This document shows positions 29,659 to 39,783 of a stretch of DNA of 64,000 nucleotides, in pieces. The notes beneath the pieces were generated by a model. That model did no database searches. It had not been told where the DNA came from and saw nothing but the letters and a program-made list of their open reading frames with translations. Origin of the DNA: a virus. The stretch is from positions 1-64,000 of the IMG/VR virus record IMGVR_UViG_3300045988_119718, one strand, 5' to 3'. The stretch's first letter is position 1; every line of letters begins with the position of its first letter. The translations under genes were made by a program, and so were the position numbers.

Positions 29659-30816
29659 TCAATCAATATTAATTAATAAAGTCTGAGGTGATTTTAATTT
29701 CTGAGATGCTATAGTACCACGTAATTCATCATATTTGTAGTATAAATCAGCTAATCTTTTTTTAGTTTGAAGATTCAATTCTGGCTCTGTAGAAATATAG
29801 TCATCTATTACACTCATTCTAGAATTAATCTTATGTAATAATCCGACAGCAGTTCCTCTATCATTATCCATATTATTTACTTCAAACTGTATTTCATAAA
29901 AATCATCATAATAGTTTTTTATGCCATTAGCTTTAAATCTATCCAATGCACTAAGATTAGCTTTTTTTGAATCATTAAAGAAATTGATAATACTAGAAGC
30001 TTCTTGCATTAAAGAATAATCATCGATTCTATGAAGTTTTTTAACCATATTCTTCATTTCATTTACTACTAAAACAGAACCAGTTAATTCAATCCCTTTT
30101 TCTAAAGTATGTAATGACATGATTCTATATTTGAGAATATTAGTATATACCCTAACTACCCATTTAATAATAATAGATTTATTATCAATTTCAGTATCCC
30201 AAAGATTACCTTTATTCTCTAATTTAGTTATAGCTCTTCTTAAAGAATCAGTAAGTTCATAAGTTTCATCTAAATAGTATGGAACTAAATAGTTATTTTC
30301 AAATATACTTACAGATCTTCTAGCAGCTTCTTTAATACCATATCCAATAATTTCAATATATGGTACATATTCACTCATCTTTAAAGTGATACCATAATCT
30401 AATACAGTTTTATCTATAAGATATCTAGCATTGTTTATTGGATAGTAGTCATTTACCAATCTAGCTACTTCATGGACTATTAAAGCAGTAATTTCATCTA
30501 AAGATAAATCTATCATATCAGAGAATAACTTAGAATCCAATTCTACTTTATAAGTAGTTATTTTACTATCTTCATCAGAAGTCATAATGTTTAAAATTTC
30601 ATTAGGAGATAATATAGGTAAAGTTACAATACCAAAAAACATTTTATCTGTATTTACAGTATAAATTACATCTACACATTTGGAATCGGGAAATATTTTA
30701 TTTAAGCATTCTTTAATTTTATTAAGTTCAATCTTATCTCCAGGTTTAGCCTTAAGATTAACTACGCTTAAATTTATTTCACCAATTTTAGCGAGAATAT
30801 CATTTGTATCTAACAA
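29659..30816 (-). CDS. hypothetical protein (385 aa)
   Basis: ORF track. Confidence 0.45.
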   Translation of the reverse strand: MLDTNDILAKIGEINLSVVNLKAKPGDKIELNKIKECLNKIFPDSKCVDVIYTVNTDKMFFGIVTLPILSPNEILNIMTSDEDSKITTYKVELDSKLFSDMIDLSLDEITALIVHEVARLVNDYYPINNARYLIDKTVLDYGITLKMSEYVPYIEIIGYGIKEAARRSVSIFENNYLVPYYLDETYELTDSLRRAITKLENKGNLWDTEIDNKSIIIKWVVRVYTNILKYRIMSLHTLEKGIELTGSVLVVNEMKNMVKKLHRIDDYSLMQEASSIINFFNDSKKANLSALDRFKANGIKNYYDDFYEIQFEVNNMDNDRGTAVGLLHKINSRMSVIDDYISTEPELNLQTKKRLADLYYKYDELRGTIASQKLKSPQTLLINID

Positions 30817-30902
30817 AATTAATCCTCCTTTCTAGTAAATTAAAAGTAAGGGATAGAGGAAACCTCTATCCCTTAACACCTATAACTTATTTTTATTATT
30901 CA

Positions 30903-32954
30903 TTAAGGATTGGTAGTAGTTACAGGCGGGAGTTTCATATGACCATCTTCCGGATCAATAACTCCATTTACTTCAGATGCATACTGTTCAGTATTAGCAG
31001 TATCATCATTCATAGCACCCTTAATGAGATAGTCTTCTTCGTTCTTCATATAAACATTCTCTCTGAGACCAGAAGCATTGAGGATACGGATACGACCCTG
31101 AACAGGCTGATACTTGAGGAAGTACCAACGTTCAAAGCAGGTCATTGCCGGAACCTGATAATGTGCGGTATCACGAATTTCGTTGGATACGTACATCTGA
31201 TAATCAATTACCTTATAGGTAATACGCATTGAGTTTCTCGGAATGAGTAATACAATAAGGTTGTTGGAGTTTCTCATCTTCTGGGAAGAAATGAAGTTGT
31301 AAACTCTCTTTTCAGAAGTTACAACGGTTCTCTTGAAATCAAGTTCAACCGGTCCGATGTTGGACGGTGACTGATAGGTGTACTGCTGCGGAGCAATACG
31401 ACGAATAATATCTGGATGACCGAATACTGCTATAGTCATGTTTTCATCATTGAGAACCTGGAGCATACGGGTTACGTACTGGTCAAGGTTATCCATGAAC
31501 ATAACTTTACGCCATTCAACTGGGTTGTTGTTATAGTTAAGCGGCGGAGCAAAGTCGAATGCACCAGAAACCTTCTGGTTAGCTGGCATTGAGAGGAAAT
31601 CATCATCGAGATCTTTAAGAATCGAATCATCCTTCCAATGGAGAAGTGCAAGTCTCATCATAGACATGAGCTTGGTAACCTGATTTACATCATAGGTTGC
31701 CTGAAGATCCTTAACTTCTTCTGGAGTGATTTCGGTAGTAAGATGCGGAGCTTCTGGAATTTCATAGAAGTCCGTCTTAGCAGACCATTTGAATTTAACA
31801 GTCGGGAATACTGCGTTAGAAACATCAACTACAGCATGGATAACTGCACCTTGGAGGGAACCAGTTTCGCCATCGGCAATAGCTTTCCAACCACCTGCTG
31901 GCTGGATAGTAGAATCAAAGGATTCCGGCTTGAATGCTCTAAGGCTAATCTTGTTCTTTTCCATAGTACCCATTACATTGAGGCGAACAGTAGTCTTAGT
32001 TACTTTATTGGTAACAGCATTTCTTTCAACCGGAACTTCAAGCATGAAGCGTCTGTTGAAAATACGGTCATTGGAGCCATAGCCAGGGGTGAACTTACCT
32101 TCTACGTCGAAAATAAGGGTAGCATCTTTGACATCCTTGTCAGCTACCTTAATATGACCAGCAAGGTCAGTCTTAGCAGCTTCTACATCATCGATGTATT
32201 TAGAACCAGCAACAGCAAGACCCTTAATGAGAATCTTAGATACGAATGTCTTCATAGAAAGAGCAGTCAGCGGCATGTTCATTGCCGAAACCTGCTGTTC
32301 AGTGAAAGCATCATGAATAAGATCACCAGTAGCAGCACCACGACCACCGATTTCAGTGGTTACATAGTTAGAAGTTCCATCATCAACCCAAACAAAGTCA
32401 GCGGTCGGGATGGATTCATCTACTGCGTCTTTAATCTTATTCTGTTCATAGAACATATCGTATTCATTGCCCTTGGTATCAACAAGAGTACGAGTTTCCA
32501 TGGTAAGGGTGAACTTCGGTGAACGAGCTACATCCTTCGGCATAACCTGATCAAATACAGCATTCATAAGAATGTTTTTGTGCATCGGAAGAGTCATACC
32601 TACAACTGGGTTATATACACCAAGCGGAGAGGATTCGTTCATGATATGGTTGGTATCGTTATCAAAGATAGCGTCCATGTTGCTGAGATGGTTTTCGAGT
32701 ACAGCAGTGTTCTTGTACTGCGGATCAGAAGCATCATAAGATCCTTCTCTAAACGCAGCCTTAAGTTCTTCTCTATACATGCTATCTTTAAGAACAGCAG
32801 AAGGATCTCTTACCATATCGTAAGCACCTTGAGATTCCTGTTTAATAGCATTGATAGTATCAACATAGTCCTGAGCTACACTATGCATTTCATTAGTTGC
32901 ATAGCTGCTAAGATCTACTTTGGTATCTTCATTAATTGGTTTAATTGCAGCCAT
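30903..32954 (-). CDS. GC-rich (~45% GC), highly expressed-type gene (683 aa); candidate major virion protein (major capsid) or nucleus-shell (chimallin-like) protein
   Basis: strong SD AAGGAGGAAAGCTAATA-ATG; GC ~45-48% against ~25% in flanking genes; frequent CCG/GGC/CGT codons. Confidence 0.35.
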   Translation of the reverse strand: MAAIKPINEDTKVDLSSYATNEMHSVAQDYVDTINAIKQESQGAYDMVRDPSAVLKDSMYREELKAAFREGSYDASDPQYKNTAVLENHLSNMDAIFDNDTNHIMNESSPLGVYNPVVGMTLPMHKNILMNAVFDQVMPKDVARSPKFTLTMETRTLVDTKGNEYDMFYEQNKIKDAVDESIPTADFVWVDDGTSNYVTTEIGGRGAATGDLIHDAFTEQQVSAMNMPLTALSMKTFVSKILIKGLAVAGSKYIDDVEAAKTDLAGHIKVADKDVKDATLIFDVEGKFTPGYGSNDRIFNRRFMLEVPVERNAVTNKVTKTTVRLNVMGTMEKNKISLRAFKPESFDSTIQPAGGWKAIADGETGSLQGAVIHAVVDVSNAVFPTVKFKWSAKTDFYEIPEAPHLTTEITPEEVKDLQATYDVNQVTKLMSMMRLALLHWKDDSILKDLDDDFLSMPANQKVSGAFDFAPPLNYNNNPVEWRKVMFMDNLDQYVTRMLQVLNDENMTIAVFGHPDIIRRIAPQQYTYQSPSNIGPVELDFKRTVVTSEKRVYNFISSQKMRNSNNLIVLLIPRNSMRITYKVIDYQMYVSNEIRDTAHYQVPAMTCFERWYFLKYQPVQGRIRILNASGLRENVYMKNEEDYLIKGAMNDDTANTEQYASEVNGVIDPEDGHMKLPPVTTTNP

Positions 32955-33056
32955 TATTAGCTTTCCTCCTTAAATCGATTATATTTTGGAAATCAATTTT
33001 ATGGGTTATATATTATCTTATAAAATTGATTATAAGTTTACAGTCTATTTTAATTT

Positions 33057-34589
33057 TTATTCTCTCTTATTTTTATTATTGCTATTATTCTCTAATTGTT
33101 TCTTGTTGCTTATCTTTTCTAATATCTTGATAAGCATTGTGTATATAGTAATGAACCGTTCAAGAATTATTTGATTCTCCACAAAACTTCTTGTATTAAA
33201 GGAATCTGTTAAAGAATCCTTTATCATCTCTCTTAGATCGGAAAGAGAATCATTTACATAGTTAAGTGTATCAACTATATTAGAATCTTTATTTACTACT
33301 GATAATCTCTCTAGTATACCAGTAATATCATTGAAAAGATCAATAAATTGTTGTTTTTGATTATTGGTTTTTATTCTTAATTGATCTTGTGTCAAATTAG
33401 AAAAGACATCTTGTTGTAATCCCTGAATTTCAGAATTAGCTTGAGAATCTCTAGAACCACCATCGTTCATTGTAGAATCATCAGTTGAATTTGCATCGTC
33501 TTGACCATCTGTTCCATCTTCTGAGCCATCCCCTGCATCATTATCTGTATCAGTATAGTCTTCACTAGCATCATCACCATCAGAACTACTGGTGTCGGCT
33601 GGTTGGTTTGGATTTCCTGTAGCTGCATCATTTTGTTCAGTATCATCATTAGGAGTATCCGACCTTACAGTATTGTTATTATCATCTATATTTGAATCTT
33701 GAGAATTATCAGTATCAGTATAATCTGCGGAATTATCATCATCTGATGAGGTATCTTGAACGTTTGTATCAGCCGCTGTATTACCATTACCATCATCATA
33801 ATCTTGCGTATAATCAGTACCTGTATCATCTGGTGTAGAAGTATCTACAGCATTTGCTGGTTCTTCAGTATCATTAGTATAATCCTCAGTATCATCTGAA
33901 GTAGAAGTATCTGCTACATCACTATTATCTGTATCCGCAGTATAATCTTCTTCTGACCCAGAATCATCACCGTTATCAGCAGTATCTACGACCTCTTCTG
34001 GTTCTTCAGTATCGCCAGTATAATCATCTTCTGTATTATCATCTGATGAAGTATCCTGTACTTCTGTATCGGTTTCTTCAGGTTCATCATCAGTAGGAGT
34101 ATCATCTGTATCATTAGTATAGTCTTCTTCTGTATCCGTATCATCATCAGATTCAGAAGCATCACTATCTACTTCTTCTGGCTCATTATCTTCTTCAGGT
34201 TCATCTTCATATTCAGTATAATCATCAGTATCATTATCGTCAGCAGTATCTACTACTTCAGTTGGTTCTTCATCTTTCTTTTTATCAGCCTCTAAGATTA
34301 CATTCATATTATTAGTAAAATCGCCATAGTAAGATTCATTTAAGGTTTTATATACTTCAGAATCTTCACTTACTTCAACATTAAATTTCTTAGCAGCTTT
34401 CATTATATTTCTAGCTAATTCTTTTTTCTTATTTTTATCACAATGATTAAAATAAGCCATAGCAGAACGTACATGGTTAGCATCGTTTAATGGATATTTC
34501 TTTTCAGATGGTAATCCGTAAATAGATGCTGGCAATTCTTTTCTATCTTTAGTAGATAATTTTTCTTCATTATAAATATTAATCATCAT
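33057..34589 (-). CDS. polyacidic tandem-repeat protein (510 aa) with about 7 copies of (E/D)DYT-DT(D/E) embedded in D/E/T/S-rich low complexity
   Basis: central ~330 aa such as DDTDTEEDYTNDTDDTPTDDEPEETDTEVQDTSSDDNTEDDYTGDTEEPEE..; N- and C-terminal ordered segments. Confidence 0.6.
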   Translation of the reverse strand: MMINIYNEEKLSTKDRKELPASIYGLPSEKKYPLNDANHVRSAMAYFNHCDKNKKKELARNIMKAAKKFNVEVSEDSEVYKTLNESYYGDFTNNMNVILEADKKKDEEPTEVVDTADDNDTDDYTEYEDEPEEDNEPEEVDSDASESDDDTDTEEDYTNDTDDTPTDDEPEETDTEVQDTSSDDNTEDDYTGDTEEPEEVVDTADNGDDSGSEEDYTADTDNSDVADTSTSDDTEDYTNDTEEPANAVDTSTPDDTGTDYTQDYDDGNGNTAADTNVQDTSSDDDNSADYTDTDNSQDSNIDDNNNTVRSDTPNDDTEQNDAATGNPNQPADTSSSDGDDASEDYTDTDNDAGDGSEDGTDGQDDANSTDDSTMNDGGSRDSQANSEIQGLQQDVFSNLTQDQLRIKTNNQKQQFIDLFNDITGILERLSVVNKDSNIVDTLNYVNDSLSDLREMIKDSLTDSFNTRSFVENQIILERFITIYTMLIKILEKISNKKQLENNSNNKNKRE

Positions 34590-36837
34590 GTCTCAACCCC
34601 AATTCTGATCCAGCATCATCAATATCTTTCTTAAACATAATTTCATCATTCCACTTAGTCTTGCTATTTACAGCTACTTTGGCCAAATAAGTAATTAGCT
34701 TTCTCTTTAATAATCTTAACTTTCTTTCTTTCTTATAATCTTTACTATCTTCAGCATCTCTGATTCTTCTATCAATCATTTCTAATTCTACTTCTAATTC
34801 ATCAGCAACAGCTTGTCTTTCTTCTTTAGCAGCTCTCTTTGAATTTACAAATCTAACCACTAAAGACAATAACCCTACAAAAGGATGAACTAATACTGAT
34901 AACCCACCAGCTATTATAATAGATTTAATGCATCTAGACATTGATGGTAAGAAACTATTCTTAACTACTTGCATTCTAGCTTCTCTTTTATCTTCTTCTG
35001 TATTAATCTTCTCTATAGTATCAGCGAATCTATCAATGTTGTTCCAAGCTGTTTTTTGAGCATCCATTAATGTAGAAGCAGTTTTCTTTAGTCTATCTAA
35101 ACCTAAAGTTACATAAGATGAAAGTTTCATTTCATGCATAGCTTCTTTAGCTATATTATTAGCTAAAATAGTATCTTCATTATAATACTTAGCTATTTTA
35201 TCAATAGTGTAAGTTCTCATTTTATCTTGATTATAATCTTTGATAGGGATAATATTAGCAGATAGTACTTTTTCATCTGTCTCATCATCATCTTTCATAC
35301 TATCTTGATTTTCATCATGATAATTTTTTACTTTATTTATAATTTCTTTTAAATTAGAAATTTTAGATACATTATCTGGAGTAGTTGTATCTTTTCTAAT
35401 TTCTTTAACCGCTTCATTTAAAGACAATAATAATTTAGATTTATCTATAAGAGGATAATGCTTTTCATAAGACTCTTCAATGTACTCCAATAAGTCTCTA
35501 TCTGCTTTTATTAATAACTCTTTATCAGTAAATGCAGATATAGTGGATTCTTCTAATACATTAGATTGGAATATAGAGCATGCTTCTTCTATATCATCTA
35601 ATAAAGCATTATCATAATCAGTAAATATACCAGTAGGGTTATCATTTACATCATACGGTTCACCTTTTAGATTATAAACTTTTTTAGCATCATAATATTC
35701 AATACTTTTGCTAAGCATTTCTTTAATTTCTTTTATAGCTTCAATCATAACTTGATAAGATTCGCTATTTTGCGGAATCATTGAAGCTTTAGCCAAGAAA
35801 TCATCAACCATATCATATATTTTTTTGATATAACCATTATGGAATTCATCAGCAAATTTTTTATAAATAGTATCTATATATGTATATAATACTCTTATCA
35901 TATCATCTTTATTATTAGAATAATTTGATACTGCAAAATACTGATAATAAAGTGGTAATACTATTTTAGTCATATCAGATAACTCTTGTAAATTAGAAAT
36001 TGAATCAGCAATATCAGAGAATAGGTCTACTACTTTATCTATACATGTAGAATCACCAGTATTAGAAGGTGATACTTCAAACTCTGCTATTTTATCAAAC
36101 ACATCTGATTGCTTTATACGATTACTAATCTGATTATTACCAATAATATCATTAAGCTTTTGTATGAATACAGAATTATATACTCTTTGTGCAATAGAAT
36201 CTAATACTTTAGCAACTATATCTTCAGTTGTATGAGACGGAGGATAAGTACTAAATAAGTATGAATGCACAGTAGGAATTATATATACTAGCTCTTTATC
36301 TTCTAAACAAGTATATGTATTATAATCATATGCTAATTCTTCTACCATTAATGCAAATTTATCTTGTATAGATAATGAATATGTATCTAATAACTTACAA
36401 ATCTCAATCATACCAAGTTGAGGGAATTCACTACCTATTAATATACGTATAGGATTTATATCAGTATTATTTGTTACATTCATTGAAAATATAGATTTTA
36501 TATTAAATCTCTTATTAATAATCTCATGATTAGCTCTAACTCTATTTAAATCTATTTCATCATGAGAAACTTTAGTTAAATCTTCTTTAGCTTTTTCATC
36601 CGTAACATTATCGTAAATACATTTTTTTAATTTATCAAAAGAAATATTATCAGTAGCTATAATAGCTACTATCATTTGCTCTAATAAACTTTTAGGTTGT
36701 TGTAAATACTCAGATTCAGTAACAGGAATAGCATTAGAATATAATTCTAATGCTTTGCTTAACCTACCAATATTATCTGTTCCTAACTCTTTCCAATTTT
36801 GCAATGACTCTACTAATTGTGAAGAATATGGTTTCAT
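34579..36837 (-). CDS. hypothetical large protein (752 aa) with a C-terminal hydrophobic segment and coiled coil
   Basis: C-terminal IIAGGLSVLVHPFVGLLSLVV; ERQAVADELEVELEMIDRRIRDAED. Confidence 0.45.
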   Translation of the reverse strand: MKPYSSQLVESLQNWKELGTDNIGRLSKALELYSNAIPVTESEYLQQPKSLLEQMIVAIIATDNISFDKLKKCIYDNVTDEKAKEDLTKVSHDEIDLNRVRANHEIINKRFNIKSIFSMNVTNNTDINPIRILIGSEFPQLGMIEICKLLDTYSLSIQDKFALMVEELAYDYNTYTCLEDKELVYIIPTVHSYLFSTYPPSHTTEDIVAKVLDSIAQRVYNSVFIQKLNDIIGNNQISNRIKQSDVFDKIAEFEVSPSNTGDSTCIDKVVDLFSDIADSISNLQELSDMTKIVLPLYYQYFAVSNYSNNKDDMIRVLYTYIDTIYKKFADEFHNGYIKKIYDMVDDFLAKASMIPQNSESYQVMIEAIKEIKEMLSKSIEYYDAKKVYNLKGEPYDVNDNPTGIFTDYDNALLDDIEEACSIFQSNVLEESTISAFTDKELLIKADRDLLEYIEESYEKHYPLIDKSKLLLSLNEAVKEIRKDTTTPDNVSKISNLKEIINKVKNYHDENQDSMKDDDETDEKVLSANIIPIKDYNQDKMRTYTIDKIAKYYNEDTILANNIAKEAMHEMKLSSYVTLGLDRLKKTASTLMDAQKTAWNNIDRFADTIEKINTEEDKREARMQVVKNSFLPSMSRCIKSIIIAGGLSVLVHPFVGLLSLVVRFVNSKRAAKEERQAVADELEVELEMIDRRIRDAEDSKDYKKERKLRLLKRKLITYLAKVAVNSKTKWNDEIMFKKDIDDAGSELGLRHDD

Positions 36838-36912
36838 TTATAAAATATTCTCCTTTCTTTAAAACCGATTAAAAATTACTATAAAGTTCTAAAAAATAAA
36901 TAGCAAAAAATA

Positions 36913-36942
36913 ATAGAGTAGCACATATGTGCTACTCTATTA
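36913..36942. terminator. intrinsic terminator hairpin
   Basis: AATAGAGTAGCACATATGTGCTACTCTATT palindrome with flanking A/T runs. Confidence 0.6.
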
Positions 36943-36953
36943 TTACTTTTTTT

Positions 36954-39221
36954 TTAGAAGTCTTTACCAAAGCATACCTTTTCAAGAGTCTTTACATATA
37001 CCTCAGTAAAAGTGCGTTTCATAACACTTGATGTACCAGTAGGTGCATAATCAGAATAGGGATCACCAAAATTTTCAAGATAATATTTAAGGTTAAGTAC
37101 GTATGGTACAGTATTGCTTGCAATAATGTATTTTGCTAAAAGCTTAGCTGCTTTTCTCTGTCTATTATAGTTGTAGTCATTAAGGGATCTATTAGACCCA
37201 TCTAAAACAAAATAGCAATGCTCGTTATTGGATTCGCTAATATTGCATTTACCAATAAGATTTCCACCCTTAACGATTTCTTTATAAATCTTATAAGAGC
37301 GTCTCTTATGCTGATGAGCAATTAATACATTATTGTATGCATGTTCCATAAACCAAAGGAAAGCAGGGATAAAGTCTCTTTGATAAATAAATTCCGTAAG
37401 AATATAATACATCTTATTGTATTTATTACTATTTGGTCTTTGTTTATTAATAGTTTCCTGTACCTTTTCTTCATTAGTATGTTTATGATCTTCTGCTTTA
37501 GTTTCTTTTGAAACTTCTTCTTCTTTTGGTGAAGATCCTTCAGTATTTTTACCTACAATCTCATCCAGTTTATTAGATAACTCTTTTACAGCTTTGTTGA
37601 AGTCATTCATTGCTTCTTTATTATCTTTTTCTTTTTCTCCATCAAATTCCTGTGTAGCTTTATCATACTTAGGTGCATCATTTTGCATAGATGATGGAAT
37701 ATAATTAATGCTAATTTTCTCCGTAGAAAAACCAGGTGCTCTATAAATATTGATAGGTGCATCAATACCATCAATCGGTTCAATGCCAGTAGTTTTAAAC
37801 ATAATATTTCTCCTTTTCAAAGAATCAGACTCATCATCTACTACGGTATACTGTGAAGAAGATAATCCGACCCAATGCTCATTAAAGCTAGTAGGCGGAT
37901 TTTTAATCTTAACATCCTTAAGTTTAGGACAATTCTTAAACATATCGGTACACCATTTGCAAGATTTCATATCAATGATACCTTTAATAGTAGTAAGATT
38001 GTAGCAGTTTTTAAACATATAAGACATATTTTTTACTTTAGAAGTATCAAAGTTAGATAAATCCAATGTAGTAAGACTAGTACAATCACCGAACATACAC
38101 TCCATATCATCTACATTAGACGTATTAAAACTAGATAAATCTAATGACGTAAGACCATGGCAATTAAAGAACATAAAGCTCATATTGGTTACTTTAGATG
38201 TATTAAAGCCAGATAAATCTAATGTAGTAAGACTACGGCAACTATTAAACATACTACTCATATTAGTTACTTTAGACGTATTAAAGTAAGTAAATAAATC
38301 TAATGAAGTAAGACCACTACAATGATGGAACATATACTCCATATTTGTTATTTTATCATCGATTATAACATTAGCTTGACCTGAAAATTCCAGTATATCA
38401 ATTACATGAGATTCATCAGCCCAAATCTTACTGTACCATGGAGCACTACCTGTAGATAAAAATGCCAATTTGTGATCATACTCATCATCTACTATGGTAT
38501 ACTGAGATTTAGAAAGCCTACTATACTTTTCAAATTTGTCAGGTGGATTCTTAATCTTAACACCTTTAAGCTTAGTACAATTCATAAACATATCACTATA
38601 CCGTTTACATGACTTCATATCGATTACACCTTTAATAGTAGTAAGGTTAGAGCAACCATCAAATATGCTAAGCATATTTTCTACATTAGAAGTATCAAAG
38701 TTAGTTACATCCAATGAAGTAAGACTAGTACACTTACTAAACATAAGACCCATATCTCTTACATTAGAAGTATTGAAGTTGGATAAATCTAATGAAGTAA
38801 GTTTAGAACAGCCACTGAGCATAAAGCTCATATCAGTTACATTAGAAGTATCAAAACTAGATAAATCTAATGAAGTAAGAGAAGAACACTGATGAAACAT
38901 ATTAAACATATCTTTTACTTTAGAAGTATCAAAGTTAGATAAGTCTAATGATGCAAGATTGTAGCAATAGGCAAACATATTCCTCATATTAGTTACTTCG
39001 GATGTATTAAAATTAGACAAATCCAATGAAGTAATACAATGGCATTCATTAAACATACTGCCCATATTAGTTACACCTTTGCATGTAACTGTAGCTTGAC
39101 CAGATATAGATTCATCCATGTTAATAAATTTATCCTCATCAACCCACGGCATCCAATAATAATTACTATCAGTAAACCATGGAGCATTACCTTTGGCTAT
39201 ATATACCTGCTCTTTAGACAT
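36954..39221 (-). CDS. BspA-type LRR protein with two complete family modules (N-module + LRRs + C-module, twice) fused to a ~290-aa non-LRR C-terminal domain
   Basis: MSKEQVYIAKGNAPWF..ESISGQATVT..LRRs..IKGVIDMKSC..VKIKNPP..SQYTIV, then again ..GSAPWY..FSGQANVI..LRRs..IKGIIDMKSC..VKIKNPP..SQYTVV; SD AAAGGAGAAGTATT-ATG. Confidence 0.8.
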   Translation of the reverse strand: MSKEQVYIAKGNAPWFTDSNYYWMPWVDEDKFINMDESISGQATVTCKGVTNMGSMFNECHCITSLDLSNFNTSEVTNMRNMFAYCYNLASLDLSNFDTSKVKDMFNMFHQCSSLTSLDLSSFDTSNVTDMSFMLSGCSKLTSLDLSNFNTSNVRDMGLMFSKCTSLTSLDVTNFDTSNVENMLSIFDGCSNLTTIKGVIDMKSCKRYSDMFMNCTKLKGVKIKNPPDKFEKYSRLSKSQYTIVDDEYDHKLAFLSTGSAPWYSKIWADESHVIDILEFSGQANVIIDDKITNMEYMFHHCSGLTSLDLFTYFNTSKVTNMSSMFNSCRSLTTLDLSGFNTSKVTNMSFMFFNCHGLTSLDLSSFNTSNVDDMECMFGDCTSLTTLDLSNFDTSKVKNMSYMFKNCYNLTTIKGIIDMKSCKWCTDMFKNCPKLKDVKIKNPPTSFNEHWVGLSSSQYTVVDDESDSLKRRNIMFKTTGIEPIDGIDAPINIYRAPGFSTEKISINYIPSSMQNDAPKYDKATQEFDGEKEKDNKEAMNDFNKAVKELSNKLDEIVGKNTEGSSPKEEEVSKETKAEDHKHTNEEKVQETINKQRPNSNKYNKMYYILTEFIYQRDFIPAFLWFMEHAYNNVLIAHQHKRRSYKIYKEIVKGGNLIGKCNISESNNEHCYFVLDGSNRSLNDYNYNRQRKAAKLLAKYIIASNTVPYVLNLKYYLENFGDPYSDYAPTGTSSVMKRTFTEVYVKTLEKVCFGKDF

Positions 39222-39233
39222 AATACTTCTCCT

Positions 39234-39536
39234 TTAGAATTTATCACTAATAGGATTATTTTCATCAGATAACAGTTTAGGCCTATTATCTTCTTCTTCA
39301 TTGAATCCAATAGGTAATAGACCTTTAACCGTAATCTTCATATCTTCTGTGTGACCACAATTCTGGCATACACAAGTGTATTTAGATTGTTTATCCAGTA
39401 CAGCTTGAATCCATCCCCTAGGGGAGATTTTACAAGCTTTGTATTGAGCAATCAATAGAGCCATTGTAGACCCGCATTTAGGACAAATACCAGGTTGAAT
39501 GACTCTAGTAATCACTTTACGAAGTTTCTGTTCCAT
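39234..39536 (-). CDS. zinc-ribbon protein (two CxxC pairs), possibly a transcription-associated Zn-ribbon
   Basis: CPKCGST..(x39)..CVCQNCGH; lies just downstream of the RpoB N-terminal gene; start uncertain (Met at 39536 or 39581). Confidence 0.4.
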   Translation of the reverse strand: MEQKLRKVITRVIQPGICPKCGSTMALLIAQYKACKISPRGWIQAVLDKQSKYTCVCQNCGHTEDMKITVKGLLPIGFNEEEDNRPKLLSDENNPISDKF

Positions 39537-39537
39537 A

Positions 39538-39783
39538 TTAAATACCAAGACTTCCTTTAGTAAATTTAATATTACGGACATCCCCTTCTATAAGAACTTT
39601 AGAATCAGGATATCTAATATTATCTCTACTTACTAAAATAGCAGTATATACTTTAGGAGATCCACGTACTATTACAGTACCGAATCTAGGTTCTACGGTT
39701 CCTCTTGATTTCTCAATCTCAATGATTTTATCATGTTGGGTTTGAGAGAAGATGAAAACTCTATAATATATATTATTCGTCAT
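39538..39783 (-). CDS. small hypothetical protein (81 aa) whose reading frame overlaps the 3' end of the RpoB N-terminal gene
   Basis: ORF track; 11-nt overlap with the upstream gene. Confidence 0.35.
   Translation of the reverse strand: MTNNIYYRVFIFSQTQHDKIIEIEKSRGTVEPRFGTVIVRGSPKVYTAILVSRDNIRYPDSKVLIEGDVRNIKFTKGSLGI

Noticed and set aside
29659-30816. HEVAR in the 385-aa protein as a metalloprotease motif
   Set aside because: It is H-E-x-x-R, not HExxH, so no protease call was made.
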